In this document: positions 9,649 through 19,117 of the stretch, one piece after another | Position numbering within the stretch: the stretch's first letter is position 1 | How the letters are laid out: every line of letters begins with the position of its first letter | Source: an uncultured Verrucomicrobiae bacterium | GTDB lineage: Bacteria; Verrucomicrobiota; Verrucomicrobiia; Limisphaerales; Palsa-1400 | Assembly (NCBI GenBank): GCA_963764165.1 | Contig: CAVXRD010000004.1 | Span: forward strand, 1 to 64,000 | DNA: 64,000 nucleotides | Reading direction: 5' to 3' | Made by a program: the position numbers and the translations under genes | Notes under the pieces: generated by a model | Database searches by the model: none | The model's input: the letters and a program-made list of their open reading frames with translations, nothing else | Told to the model about the DNA's origin: nothing

Positions 9649-10569
9649 CTACCGCGCCTCGGGTTTTTCGACGAGCACGTTCCAATCGGGAGCTGGCGTG
9701 TCGTCGGACAGCGTGATCCAATGCACGTTCATTTGGCGCCGGAACCACGTAAGCTGGCGCTTGGCGAATTGGCGCGTGCGGATTTTCACCAATTCAACCG
9801 TCGCCTTCAAATCATGCTCGCCGCGCAGATGTTCGACGACTTGGCGATAGCCCAGCGCTTGCATCGCGGTCGGATTTTGCGCGAGACCGTGTTCGAGCAA
9901 TCGTTCAGTTTCCGCGATCAACCCCTGTTGAAACATTTCGTCCACGCGGCGATGAATTCGCTCGGTTAATTCGCCCATTGGCCGAAGAATGCCAAACAAA
10001 TTCGCCTTCGGCTTCCCAGCGCCCTTCCCAGAAGCGCGCTGCGCCGAATATGGCTTTCCCGTCAAACGAACAACCTCCACCGCTCGAATCACCCGGCGCG
10101 GATTTTGCCGGTCGATGGCGTGATAAGCGGCGGGATCAAGGCGCTCCAATTCTTCCAGCAATTGCGGCAGCGGCGCAGCTTCCAATTCCACGCGCAAAGC
10201 CGGATCGCGGGGCGGGACGTTTCCAAGGCCGTCCAAGTAGGCTTTGAAGTAAAACCCGGTGCCTCCGCAAAAGATCGGGCGGCGGCCGCGCGCCTGAATT
10301 TCTCTCACCGCCACTTCGGCGAGCCTGACAAATTGCGCCGCGTCAAAACTTTCATTCAGCGAGACGACGTCAATCAAATGGTGCGGCACGTGCTTGCGAT
10401 CTTGCGCGGAAGGTTTTGCCGTCCCAATATCGAGGCCCCTGTAAACCTGCATCGAATCCACGGAAATAATTTCGCCGCCTATCTTCTCCGCCAAGGCCAG
10501 CGCCACAGCGGATTTTCCCACCGCTGTCGGCCCGGCCAGAAAGATCGGTTGGCTCGCAGCGTTTTCCAT
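9649..10569 (-). CDS. miaA: tRNA dimethylallyltransferase
   Basis: GPTAVGKS, SVDSMQVYRGLDIGTAKP, GGTGFY, TRQFAKRQLTWF. Confidence 0.97.
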   Translation of the reverse strand: MENAASQPIFLAGPTAVGKSAVALALAEKIGGEIISVDSMQVYRGLDIGTAKPSAQDRKHVPHHLIDVVSLNESFDAAQFVRLAEVAVREIQARGRRPIFCGGTGFYFKAYLDGLGNVPPRDPALRVELEAAPLPQLLEELERLDPAAYHAIDRQNPRRVIRAVEVVRLTGKPYSAQRASGKGAGKPKANLFGILRPMGELTERIHRRVDEMFQQGLIAETERLLEHGLAQNPTAMQALGYRQVVEHLRGEHDLKATVELVKIRTRQFAKRQLTWFRRQMNVHWITLSDDTPAPDWNVLVEKPEAR

Positions 10570-10582
10570 GATTGCGGGCGCG

Positions 10583-11443
10583 TTAAGCGCGGTCGGGAAC
10601 GGGAGGTTTGTCTGCGGTCGGCGATTGAGCCGGCGGCGGCGGAAATTCCCCGGGAGGCGGAGGCGGCGGTGGGCGCGCGGTGCCCCATTGTTTCAGCATC
10701 AGCGCCACGCCTGCGATAAAAATCCACACGCTGACCATTTGAGCTGGCGTCAGGTCGCTCATTCCATGCCCCGGAGGATAATCGCCCCGGAAAATCTCCA
10801 CGAACGACCGGCAAATTGCGTAAAGCATCAAATACGTCCCAAAGACAAAGCCGTCAAAAAGTCGCTTCCGGTAAACCCAGGCCAGGAACGCATACAGCGC
10901 AAAATTCAGAAGCGAATCGTAGATCTCGGTGGGATGCACGCCGACGCCGCCCGTCTCGCGGCCCGCTTCGGTGCCCGGTGGAAAATGAATGGCCCACGGA
11001 AGATCCGTCTCGGTGCCATAGCAGCAGCCGTTCATCAGGCAGCCCCATCTTCCAAAAAAACTTCCCAGCGCCACGCTCGGCGCCAGCACGTCGGCGATGC
11101 GCCAAAGCGGCAATTTTTGAATTCGCGAAAAAATAATGCACGCCAGCGAAGCGCCCACCAAACCCCCGTAATAAACCAATCCGCCATGCTGCACCATGAA
11201 CATTTCATACCAAGGCTTTCCCAGAAAGCTCTCGTCCCAATAGGACACAACATAAAAGACCCGCGCCCCAAAAATCGCGCCCACCAAGAGCCACGGCCCC
11301 AGGTCCATGACCACCTCGGGATGAATTCGCCGGAGGGGAGCGCGGCGGCTGGCCGTCCACAGACCGGCGAGAAAACCGGCCGCGACCAGTATTCCATACC
11401 AGGTCACTTTTAAGGATCCGAATTGAAATGCTATTGGATGCAC
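10583..11443 (-). CDS. lgt: Prolipoprotein diacylglyceryl transferase
   Basis: WYG, GARVFYV, GGLVYYGG, GRWGCLMNGCCYG, HPTEIY. Confidence 0.95.
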   Translation of the reverse strand: MHPIAFQFGSLKVTWYGILVAAGFLAGLWTASRRAPLRRIHPEVVMDLGPWLLVGAIFGARVFYVVSYWDESFLGKPWYEMFMVQHGGLVYYGGLVGASLACIIFSRIQKLPLWRIADVLAPSVALGSFFGRWGCLMNGCCYGTETDLPWAIHFPPGTEAGRETGGVGVHPTEIYDSLLNFALYAFLAWVYRKRLFDGFVFGTYLMLYAICRSFVEIFRGDYPPGHGMSDLTPAQMVSVWIFIAGVALMLKQWGTARPPPPPPPGEFPPPPAQSPTADKPPVPDRA

Positions 11444-11610
11444 TGGCCTCAGCGTATACGACTAAGAGGAAAAATTCAAACAGTGGGGGGACGCCCGGCC
11501 CGCCTTCGCCAGGGCTTCGGCGTGGTAAACCAGGCGTCGCTGCCATTTGCGATTGCAGATATTGCATTGCCCGCGGAATGGCGCGGCGGTATTAATTCGG
11601 CGGAACGAAA

Positions 11611-13020
11611 ATGGGAGACGCGAAGTTCATCACGGAGAATTTTCTGCTGCAAACGCGGACGGCGCAACGGCTCTACCGGCGATTTGCCGAAGCGGAGCCG
11701 ATTTTTGATTTCCATTGCCACCTCTCGCCCGCGGATATCGCGGGCAACCGCCAATTTCGAAATCTTTTCGAGATATGGCTGGAGGGCGATCATTACAAAT
11801 GGCGGGCCATGCGCGCAAATGGCATCGCCGAAAAATTCTGCACCGGCGGCGCTGAGCCGGTCGAAAAATTCCGCGCCTGGGCCGCAACCGTGCCGCATAC
11901 TTTGCGCAACCCGCTGTATCACTGGACTCATCTGGAGCTTTCGCGCTACTTCGGAATCGAGGAGTTGCTGAACGAAAAAACCGCCGGAACCATTTGGGAC
12001 GCCGCCAACGAAAAACTCGCGCAGCCGGAGTTTTCGGCCCGGGGAATTCTGAAGAAATTCAAGGTGACCGCCATCTGCACCACGGATGATCCGGTGGACG
12101 ATCTCTCGCCGCACATAAAACTCGCGGCGGAAAAGCCGCCGACCCGCGTGCTCCCTGCCTTCCGTCCCGACAAGGCGCTGGAAGTGGCGAAGCCGGAGGA
12201 CTTCAACAAATGGATTTCGCTGTTGGAAAAAGCGGCGAATCGCGACATTTCCAATTTGCAGGATTTCGTGGCCGCGTTGCGCCGCAGGCATGATGATTTC
12301 CACGCTCTCGGATGCCGCGTCTCCGATCACGGCTTGAGCCAATGCTTTGCGACGCCCTGCCCGGACAACACGGCCGCGGAGATATTTGATCGCGCCCGCC
12401 GCAATCAGCCGGCGTCGCCGCTGGAAACGCAGCAGTTCGGCACTTGCATGATGCTGCATTTCGGCCGCTGGGACGCCGAGCGGGGCTGGGTCAAGCAACT
12501 GCATTTGGGCGCCCTGCGAAATACCAACACGCGATTGCTGGCAAAAATCGGCGTGGACGCCGGGTTGGATTCGATAGGCGATTTTCCGCAGGCCGAAGCG
12601 CTCGCCGGCTACCTTGATCTGCTCGACCGCGAGGGATGCCTCCCAAAAACTATCATTTACAACAACAACCCGGTTGATAATTACGTCTTCGCGGCGATGA
12701 TTGGAAATTTCCAGGACGGCTCGATTGCGGGCAAGGTTCAACTCGGCGCAGGCTGGTGGTTCCTCGACCAAAAAGAAGGCATCGAATGGCAGCTCAATGC
12801 GCTGTCAAACCTGGGATTGCTTTCGCGCTTTGTCGGCATGGTGACGGATTCGCGCTCGTTCATGTCGTATCCGCGCCATGAGTATTTCCGGCGCGTTCTG
12901 TGCAATTTGATCGGGAGGGAAGTCGAACGCGGCGAATTGCCGAATGACGACGAACTCGTCGGAGGGATGATTCGCAATATCTGCCATTGCAATGCGCGCG
13001 AGTATTTCGCCCTTCCATAA
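11611..13020 (+). CDS. uxaC: Glucuronate isomerase
   Basis: PIFDFHCHL, GDHYKWRAMR, NPLYHWTHLEL, GWWFLD, TDSRSFMSYPRHEYFRR. Confidence 0.97.
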   Translation: MGDAKFITENFLLQTRTAQRLYRRFAEAEPIFDFHCHLSPADIAGNRQFRNLFEIWLEGDHYKWRAMRANGIAEKFCTGGAEPVEKFRAWAATVPHTLRNPLYHWTHLELSRYFGIEELLNEKTAGTIWDAANEKLAQPEFSARGILKKFKVTAICTTDDPVDDLSPHIKLAAEKPPTRVLPAFRPDKALEVAKPEDFNKWISLLEKAANRDISNLQDFVAALRRRHDDFHALGCRVSDHGLSQCFATPCPDNTAAEIFDRARRNQPASPLETQQFGTCMMLHFGRWDAERGWVKQLHLGALRNTNTRLLAKIGVDAGLDSIGDFPQAEALAGYLDLLDREGCLPKTIIYNNNPVDNYVFAAMIGNFQDGSIAGKVQLGAGWWFLDQKEGIEWQLNALSNLGLLSRFVGMVTDSRSFMSYPRHEYFRRVLCNLIGREVERGELPNDDELVGGMIRNICHCNAREYFALP

Positions 13021-13056
13021 AACGAAAGTTGATTTGGCCACGGTCTGGTTTCATGC

Positions 13057-14433
13057 TTGCCGCTGCAACAAATGAATTCTTCAACCCGGCATATCCTTTG
13101 GGCTGTTTTGTTAATTGCGCTTATTACCGCGATTTCCCAACCCTCGACATCACAGGCACAAGACTCGCACTGGGAAATCCCCGCGACTGATGCCGGATTG
13201 CCGGGCGCCGGCCCAATCCGGCGCGCGGATTGGTTCCGCAAATTATGGGTTGAGCGCCGTTCCGCCTGGGGCCAGCGCCTTCAGCAAGATCGCCACGCGC
13301 TCGTTTTCCTGGGCGATTCGATTACGCAGGGTTGGGGCGATGACATGGGTGGCGCGTTTGCCGGAGTCAAAGTTGCCAACCGCGGAATCAGTGGCGACAC
13401 CACCCGCGGAGTTTTAATCCGCATGGATGAGGATGTTCTCGCCCTCGATCCCGAGGGCGTGGTGATTTTGATCGGCATCAACGATTTGGAGGAGGACGCC
13501 GATCCTGAAACAGCCGCCGCGAACCTAAAGCTCATCCTCGCCAAGCTCAAGGCGCATAACCCGAAAATGCCCATCATTCTCTGTCAAGTATTCCCCAGCT
13601 CCGAATCAAAGAAGCGCCCCGCGAATAAAATCAAAAAGATGAACCAGCTTTACGCCGCCGCAGTCCGCGGTGATGGCCAGGTCACCCTCATCGAAACATG
13701 GCCGCTGTTTGCCAACGAAAAAGGCGACGCCAAGCCCGAGGAATTTCCAGACTTGCTGCATCCGAACAAAACCGGTTACGCAAAATGGGCCGCGGCGATT
13801 CGCCCCATTTTGGCGACGCTCGATTTTGTGGAAACCGAGCCGGACGTCTTCACGCCAGAGCCCGGCTTTGAAAGTCTTTTTAACGGACGCGACCTGACCG
13901 GCTGGGGCTACCGGCCCAGCCTTGAATCCGAAATCAAATATGCCAATGAATGGCGCGCCAGTGAGCCAAAAGTGGCAAATTGGCCCATCGTGACGAACGC
14001 CGTGCAGTTCGACGGCTTGACGAGCAGCCCCGATGGCCGCTACCTCGCCAAACACGGAAGGTTGATTGTGACGACGCCTTCAGAATTCAGGAAGGTGCAA
14101 AAGATTTCCACGACTCGCGAGTTTCCCAAGGATTTCATTTTAAAACTCGAATTCCGCTGCACACCGGACACCGACAGCGGCATTTTTATTCGCGAACCGC
14201 AATTGCAATGCCGCGATTACCTCATCGCCGGCCCTTACAAACAACTCCGGCACTACAAGGCGGGCGAATGGAACGAAATCGTCATCACCGTCCACGGCGA
14301 AGAAGCCCTCTGCACTTGCAACGGCGAAATCCTGGAGTCGGCGTTCAAAGTTCCCGCGACCGGGCCGATTGGCTTGGAAGGAGACCGTGGACAGATGGAG
14401 TACCGTCGAATTCGCGTCAAGGAGTCGCAATAG
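13057..14433 (+). CDS. Secreted SGNH/GDSL hydrolase fused to a DUF1080 domain
   Basis: Signal peptide; FLGDSIT, NRGISGD, GINDL, DLLHPN; then LFNGRDLTGW...DSGIF...GEWNE...EYRRIRV. Confidence 0.88.
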   Translation: MPLQQMNSSTRHILWAVLLIALITAISQPSTSQAQDSHWEIPATDAGLPGAGPIRRADWFRKLWVERRSAWGQRLQQDRHALVFLGDSITQGWGDDMGGAFAGVKVANRGISGDTTRGVLIRMDEDVLALDPEGVVILIGINDLEEDADPETAAANLKLILAKLKAHNPKMPIILCQVFPSSESKKRPANKIKKMNQLYAAAVRGDGQVTLIETWPLFANEKGDAKPEEFPDLLHPNKTGYAKWAAAIRPILATLDFVETEPDVFTPEPGFESLFNGRDLTGWGYRPSLESEIKYANEWRASEPKVANWPIVTNAVQFDGLTSSPDGRYLAKHGRLIVTTPSEFRKVQKISTTREFPKDFILKLEFRCTPDTDSGIFIREPQLQCRDYLIAGPYKQLRHYKAGEWNEIVITVHGEEALCTCNGEILESAFKVPATGPIGLEGDRGQMEYRRIRVKESQ

Positions 14434-14544
14434 GGAGCGCAGGGTGGGTGCTCCCCGCGTCGAATCTTACTAACGCCGTCAACGGCTGATCTTGCAAGGT
14501 GGGAAAGCTCTTGGAAGGCCAGACAATATCGTTAAAATCGAAGC

Positions 14545-14751
14545 ATGAAGCTTTCAGTAATGATTGACCGCGACGAGGACGGTGTTTGGGTGGTTGAATG
14601 CCCGTCCATTCCGGGCTGCGTCAGTCAAGGGAAGACCAAAGCGCAAGCGATTAAGAATATTGAAGAGGCCATCGCGCTTTGCTTGGAGGTTCGCGCCGAG
14701 CGCGGGCTGCCGTTGACAATCGAGACACGTCAAGTCGAAGTAATGGTCTGA
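14545..14751 (+). CDS. hicB: HicB-family antitoxin (short form)
   Basis: DEDGVWVVECPSIPGCVSQGKT..AIKNIEEAI. Confidence 0.9.
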   Translation: MKLSVMIDRDEDGVWVVECPSIPGCVSQGKTKAQAIKNIEEAIALCLEVRAERGLPLTIETRQVEVMV

Positions 14752-14973
14752 TGCCTTCCTTGCCGGTATTAAGTGGGCGCAAAAACCGCCCGCGCATTCG
14801 AAAAGCTTGCCTGGTGCGTCGCCCGTCAACGAGGCAGCCATATTATCATGGTGCGGGATGGCGAAGCTGCGACCCTATCCATTCCAGACCATAAAGAGGT
14901 GGCTAAAGGAACATTGCGCAGTTTGATTCGTGCAGCAGGGATTACCGTAGACGAGTTTACGGCCCTGCTATGA
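14751..14973 (+). pseudogene. hicA: HicA-family toxin with +1 frameshift in A5 run (14781-14785)
   Basis: ATG overlaps hicB stop; MPSLPVLSGRK joins TARAFEKLAW..RQRGSH..IPDHKEVAKGTLRSLI if one A is removed. Confidence 0.82.
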
Positions 14974-15033
14974 TTCGAGTCTCCAACTCGACTTCGACAA
15001 AAGTTGAGTTTGTCCAACTCAGGTTGGACGGCA

Positions 15034-15441
15034 TCAAGGCTTCTTGCGAAAGCCCTCGAGTTTCGCGACCGCCGCATGGGACAGCACCACGTCGGGGTCT
15101 CGCTGCAAAGCCTCGAAATAATGCTTGGAGAATCCCTCGCCAGAATCTGACGCGATCAGCAGATTCTGACTCTGACGAAATAATCCGTCCACTCCTTCAG
15201 CCGTTAACGGTTCCTTCTCATCGAGCGCCTCGTCAATCAGGACGATGAGCTGCGATAGCGGATGCAGCCACGCGAACCACGGATCGTTCGTCAGAAGCTG
15301 CAGAAAATGGTTTGGAGATTGGATTGCGCCCATGGTCTGCTCGTAAGTGACGCGCTCGGAATCAACCAGCGTTTTGTGCAGTTGGAGCAACTCGTCCCGG
15401 AGCCGCTGTAATCGTTGGTGATTCGGAGTTGTCGGATTCAC
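15034..15441 (-). CDS. Hypothetical helical protein
   Basis: LLQLHKTLVDSER..DPWFAWLHPLSQLIVLIDE; host-like codon usage; start uncertain (GTG 15441). Confidence 0.65.
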   Translation of the reverse strand: MNPTTPNHQRLQRLRDELLQLHKTLVDSERVTYEQTMGAIQSPNHFLQLLTNDPWFAWLHPLSQLIVLIDEALDEKEPLTAEGVDGLFRQSQNLLIASDSGEGFSKHYFEALQRDPDVVLSHAAVAKLEGFRKKP

Positions 15442-15517
15442 GCCCGCAAACAACCTAAAGCTGCCGGGCGCCATGGTCAAGGCACCACAACCCAGGGCAG
15501 ACGCATCTTTATTCCAA

Positions 15518-15620
15518 GGCAGGGGCGCCTGCCGAGGCGTCCGCGGCAAGGGCGTTGTTTATGCGAAGGCCGCGGCATATATCCCGCGCAACCGGGTGCC
15601 TCGGAGAGGCGTCCCTGCCT
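15518..15620. repeat. Degenerate GTAG-type REPIN
   Basis: GGCAGGGGCGCCTGCCGAGGCGTCC ... GGGTGCCTCGGAGAGGCGTCCCTGCC inverted pair. Confidence 0.7.
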
Positions 15621-15672
15621 TCGCGTCTTGATTCTCGCCATTCGCCGGTGCGCCTTCTACACTCAAGCCCAG

Positions 15673-16395
15673 ATGGCGAAACTTGTATTTGACATTGAAA
15701 CCATTGGCCAGCCGAAGGAAAGATTTGATGAGGGGCAGCTCGAATACCTCTTCCGTGACGCCGAATCGCTGGCCGAACCGGAAAAGCGCGAAGCGCGCCG
15801 CAATGAAATCCAGCGCTTCTTCAGCCTCTGGCCGCTGACCGGCCACGTGGTTTGCATCGCCATGACAAACGTCGACAGCCTGCGCAATAAAGTGCTCTTC
15901 CTCGCAGGCGAATCGAAAGACGCCGCCGCCGAAGCACCGATGCCGGAAGGTTATGTCCCCTGCTCCAGTGAAACAGAATTGTTGACCAAATTCTGGGATG
16001 TCGCAGCGCACTATGAAACGGTGGTGACGTTTAACGGGCGCGGTTTCGACATTCCGTTTCTGTATTTGCGCTCGGCGGTTTTGAATGTCCGCATCACCCG
16101 CAAAGATTGGCTCGGCTACCGGTTCCAAGTCGAACCGCATTGTGATTTGCTGGAGCAATTGACTTTTTACGGCGTGAGCGGGCGCGAAGGAGCGGCGCGG
16201 CGATTCAATTTGGATTTTTACTGCAAGGCCTTCGGCATTCCCTCGCCAAAGAGCCACGGCGTCACCGGCATGGATGTGGGCCGTCTGATGGCCGAAGGCC
16301 GCGCCCGCGAAGTCGCCGAATACTGCCTTGGCGATGTCGGAGCGACAGTTCGATTATATAAAGTTTGGAATGAGAGGCTTTCTGGCATAAAATGA
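15673..16395 (+). CDS. PolB-type 3'-5' exonuclease domain protein
   Basis: FDIET (ExoI), TFNGRGFDIPFL (ExoII), HCDL, EYCLGDV (ExoIII). Confidence 0.88.
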   Translation: MAKLVFDIETIGQPKERFDEGQLEYLFRDAESLAEPEKREARRNEIQRFFSLWPLTGHVVCIAMTNVDSLRNKVLFLAGESKDAAAEAPMPEGYVPCSSETELLTKFWDVAAHYETVVTFNGRGFDIPFLYLRSAVLNVRITRKDWLGYRFQVEPHCDLLEQLTFYGVSGREGAARRFNLDFYCKAFGIPSPKSHGVTGMDVGRLMAEGRAREVAEYCLGDVGATVRLYKVWNERLSGIK

Positions 16396-17105
16396 ACCCC
16401 GACAAGAGTATGCCGCTCTCGAACAACGGATATGGGCCAGTAGCCAGGTTGGCCAAACCGCCGGTCGACCTGCTGATTTGCTTCGCCGTCAAGGAAGAGA
16501 TGAAGTTCTTTCCCTACCCCTCCTGGCGCGCGGCCAATGTGCAGGTCTGGGTGACAGGCATGGGCCGCCGCAATGCCGCGGAAAATATCCGCGATGCCAT
16601 CAAGCGCGTTCAACCCGAGCGCGTCATCACGTCCGGCTTCGCGGGCGGCTTGAATCCGAAGCTCCGCTGCGGCGATGTGATTTACGAACAGGATTTTGAC
16701 GCAGGCCTCAGCCGCGAACTCGAGGAATTCGGCGCAACTTCCGCGAAATTTCATTGCCACCGCCGCGTCGCCATCACCGCCGAGGAAAAACGCGTTCTCT
16801 GGGAGGAAACGGGCGCCGACGCGGTGGAAATGGAGTCCTCCGTCATTCGGACGATCTGCAAGGAATTTCACATTCCCAGCGCCACTGTCCGCGTCATCTC
16901 CGACGACGCGCACCAGGATCTTCCGCTTGATTTCAATGCGCTGATGACCGCCGATGATCGGATTAATTACCTAAAGCTCGCGTGGGCGGTGATGAGCCGG
17001 CCCAGCCGCATTCCGAAGCTGCTGGAATTCCAGCATCACACCCTGGATGCCGCGCGCAAATTGGGTGGCGTGCTGGAAGATTTACTCGGAGCGGAGCGCT
17101 GCTGA
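16392..17105 (+). CDS. Nucleoside phosphorylase family protein (HpnG-like)
   Basis: TGMG, SGFAGGLNP, ADAVEMES, VRVISD; near hpnK. Confidence 0.75.
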   Translation: MNPDKSMPLSNNGYGPVARLAKPPVDLLICFAVKEEMKFFPYPSWRAANVQVWVTGMGRRNAAENIRDAIKRVQPERVITSGFAGGLNPKLRCGDVIYEQDFDAGLSRELEEFGATSAKFHCHRRVAITAEEKRVLWEETGADAVEMESSVIRTICKEFHIPSATVRVISDDAHQDLPLDFNALMTADDRINYLKLAWAVMSRPSRIPKLLEFQHHTLDAARKLGGVLEDLLGAERC

Positions 17106-17528
17106 TTCCGCCGATGCCGCCACTGGCCCGGCAGCTTCCTGCTGTTTCTTGGCCGCCTCAGAATAACCCGTCAGGGCCGCGCCAATCGCGATCAGCAGGA
17201 CGCCCATCCAACGAACTCCCGTGACTTTCTCATTCAAGACGAAACGCGCCGTCAGGGTGGTGAAAATGAATCCCAGCGAAGTCAACGGCCAGACGAAGCT
17301 CACCGGAAAATTCGCCAGCATATAAAGCAACGCCCCGAAAAACACCGCCTCCAGCGCAACTCCGGAAACGATTTTGTAATTTGTCACGCCACTTTTGACC
17401 ATGCGCACGACCTCGCTCACGCTGACTTCGCGCATGCCGTGAATATCCTTTAGCCCCCAGCTCAGCAAGCCGACGCCGACCGACTCAATAACGGCGGCGA
17501 TAATGAGGATGACGAAAATTTTAACCAT
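17082..17528 (-). CDS. EamA/SMR-type small membrane transporter
   Basis: Four TM helices; VSFVWPLTSLGFI..FVLNEKVTGVRWMG. Confidence 0.8.
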   Translation of the reverse strand: MVKIFVILIIAAVIESVGVGLLSWGLKDIHGMREVSVSEVVRMVKSGVTNYKIVSGVALEAVFFGALLYMLANFPVSFVWPLTSLGFIFTTLTARFVLNEKVTGVRWMGVLLIAIGAALTGYSEAAKKQQEAAGPVAASAESAALRSE

Positions 17529-17541
17529 ATTTAAAAAGCTG

Positions 17542-18378
17542 TTAGAGGTCCTGGTAACGAATCAAGCGAATGCCAAGTTTTTGGGGCAATTGCCGGATAT
17601 TCGGATCGATCAGAGCATCAAATTCATTCTTAAATTGGTCAAGAGACGGATGGGAGTAAAGCTCCGAATCGCCCGGCGGCAATCTCGGCAATAGCTTGCC
17701 TACGTAATCCGTGTCCACCTGCGCGTTCTGCAACAAACCAAAGACTTTCGCCGTGTGCCGGATGCCCTTTCGCGTTAACACGCTTCGCGCCCGTCCCGAC
17801 AGCAGCCGGTAAATGATGGCATGGCTCAGGCGATAGCCCCACTGCCCACCCGCCAATGACGCGTTCAGGAAAAATGGATCGGTTGTCAAACGAACGTGCC
17901 GGATGTTCCATTTCTCCGCGTTCTCCATCAGAATTTTGAAAACTGTTGGATGCAGATGAATGTGAAGATGGCCATTGACATGATCCATCGGAAGACCGGT
18001 CGCCTGGAAAAGTTTGAATTGCGCTTCAATTTCCGCGCGCAATTCCGCCTTGCACGGGCTGCTGAAAAAATAGCGCATTCCGGCCGCGACGGGATTGTCA
18101 GTAAATTCGCCGGCGTCGTTGACCAGATGGGGGATTTGTGATTTCCGCAACGCGGATTTGCCGCACACCAGCGCCAGATGCAGGCCAACTCCGAGACGCG
18201 GATTTTCCCGCGCCAGCCGCACGGCGTCATCCGCCCACGGCTCGGCGACCATCAAGCTGGCGGTCGTCAGAATGCCGTCGCGATGGGCGCGGATGACCGC
18301 CTGGTTGATGGATTCCGAACGGCCAAAATCATCCGCGTTGACGATCAAGCGGCGGGGCGCAATGGAAGATTCCTTCAT
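17542..18378 (-). CDS. hpnK: Hopanoid biosynthesis-associated ChbG/YdjC-family deacetylase
   Basis: LIVNADDFG, GILTTASLMV, VGLHL, DHVNGHLHIHLHP, ELYSHP. Confidence 0.85.
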   Translation of the reverse strand: MKESSIAPRRLIVNADDFGRSESINQAVIRAHRDGILTTASLMVAEPWADDAVRLARENPRLGVGLHLALVCGKSALRKSQIPHLVNDAGEFTDNPVAAGMRYFFSSPCKAELRAEIEAQFKLFQATGLPMDHVNGHLHIHLHPTVFKILMENAEKWNIRHVRLTTDPFFLNASLAGGQWGYRLSHAIIYRLLSGRARSVLTRKGIRHTAKVFGLLQNAQVDTDYVGKLLPRLPPGDSELYSHPSLDQFKNEFDALIDPNIRQLPQKLGIRLIRYQDL

Positions 18379-18534
18379 GCAGCGACCGCACACAAACCAA
18401 AGATTCGCCCCGCAGGCAAGCGGAATTCCCGAAATTTCGCAGGCTAAATTCGGCGAACAAATGCGCGGCGCCGCATGGATGGCGCTATGCCCTTGTTCAT
18501 TGCTTCCCGCCCGCTTGGGAGTAATGTCAGACCT

Positions 18535-18792
18535 ATGAAGTCGATTGCGCTGGACGAAGCCCAGTTACGGCTGGGGCAACTCTTTGATGACGCTCAAGCT
18601 GGCTCGCCCGTTCTTCTGGTGCGAGGCGGCGAGGTGGCGAAATTGGAACGGGTGGAACCGGCGGAATTTGGCGGAGACACAGCCACATTGGAGAGGATGC
18701 TCTTGGACGCCGTGCAGGGGCCTCATGCGGAATGGACGCCGAAGGACTTGGAGGACATCGCCCGTCGCGTGCGTGAAAAGCAGGGCAAATGA
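18535..18792 (+). CDS. Antitoxin (Phd/YefM-like N-terminus, ParD-like C-terminus)
   Basis: MKSIALDEAQLRLGQLFDDAQAGSPVLLVR; stop overlaps ATG of a ParE-like pseudogene. Confidence 0.65.
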   Translation: MKSIALDEAQLRLGQLFDDAQAGSPVLLVRGGEVAKLERVEPAEFGGDTATLERMLLDAVQGPHAEWTPKDLEDIARRVREKQGK

Positions 18793-19028
18793 GCCTCGGC
18801 ATCAGGCGGTCCGATTGGTTCGTTGGTGATTTGGAACATTACGCTGCTTGATATCTAAACAAAGCGGCGTGGGAAATTGCCGAGCGTTATCTGCGGGCAG
18901 TAAACGCCACGCTTGACAGTCTTGCCGAAATGCCAGGACTTGGCCATGCGACCCGATTTTCAAATCCTGCCCTCGGCGGCATTCTGTGCTTTCCTGTCGA
19001 CAGACCTTTTGGGAGCCGCGCCGCCTGA
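18789..19028 (+). pseudogene. ParE/RelE-family toxin pseudogene
   Basis: Translated by hand: MSLGIRRSDWFVGDLEHYAA*YLNKAAWEIAERYLRAVNATLDSLAEMPGLG...FPVDRPF; in-frame TGA at 18849-18851, C-terminus apparently truncated. Confidence 0.72.
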
Positions 19029-19117
19029 TCCAATCGCCCAACTAGCGCGGGGCGATAGCTTGCTCAATACAGCATTCTGCGTTGACAGATTCCGCTCATC
19101 CCCTTACCTCACGCTGC

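Noticed and set aside
11476..12771. 431-aa ORF on - strand
   Set aside because: Antisense shadow of uxaC
18849..18851. Selenocysteine or read-through TGA in the ParE-like gene
   Set aside because: Position fits TGG>TGA, the gene is also truncated, and TGA is used as a normal stop throughout the window
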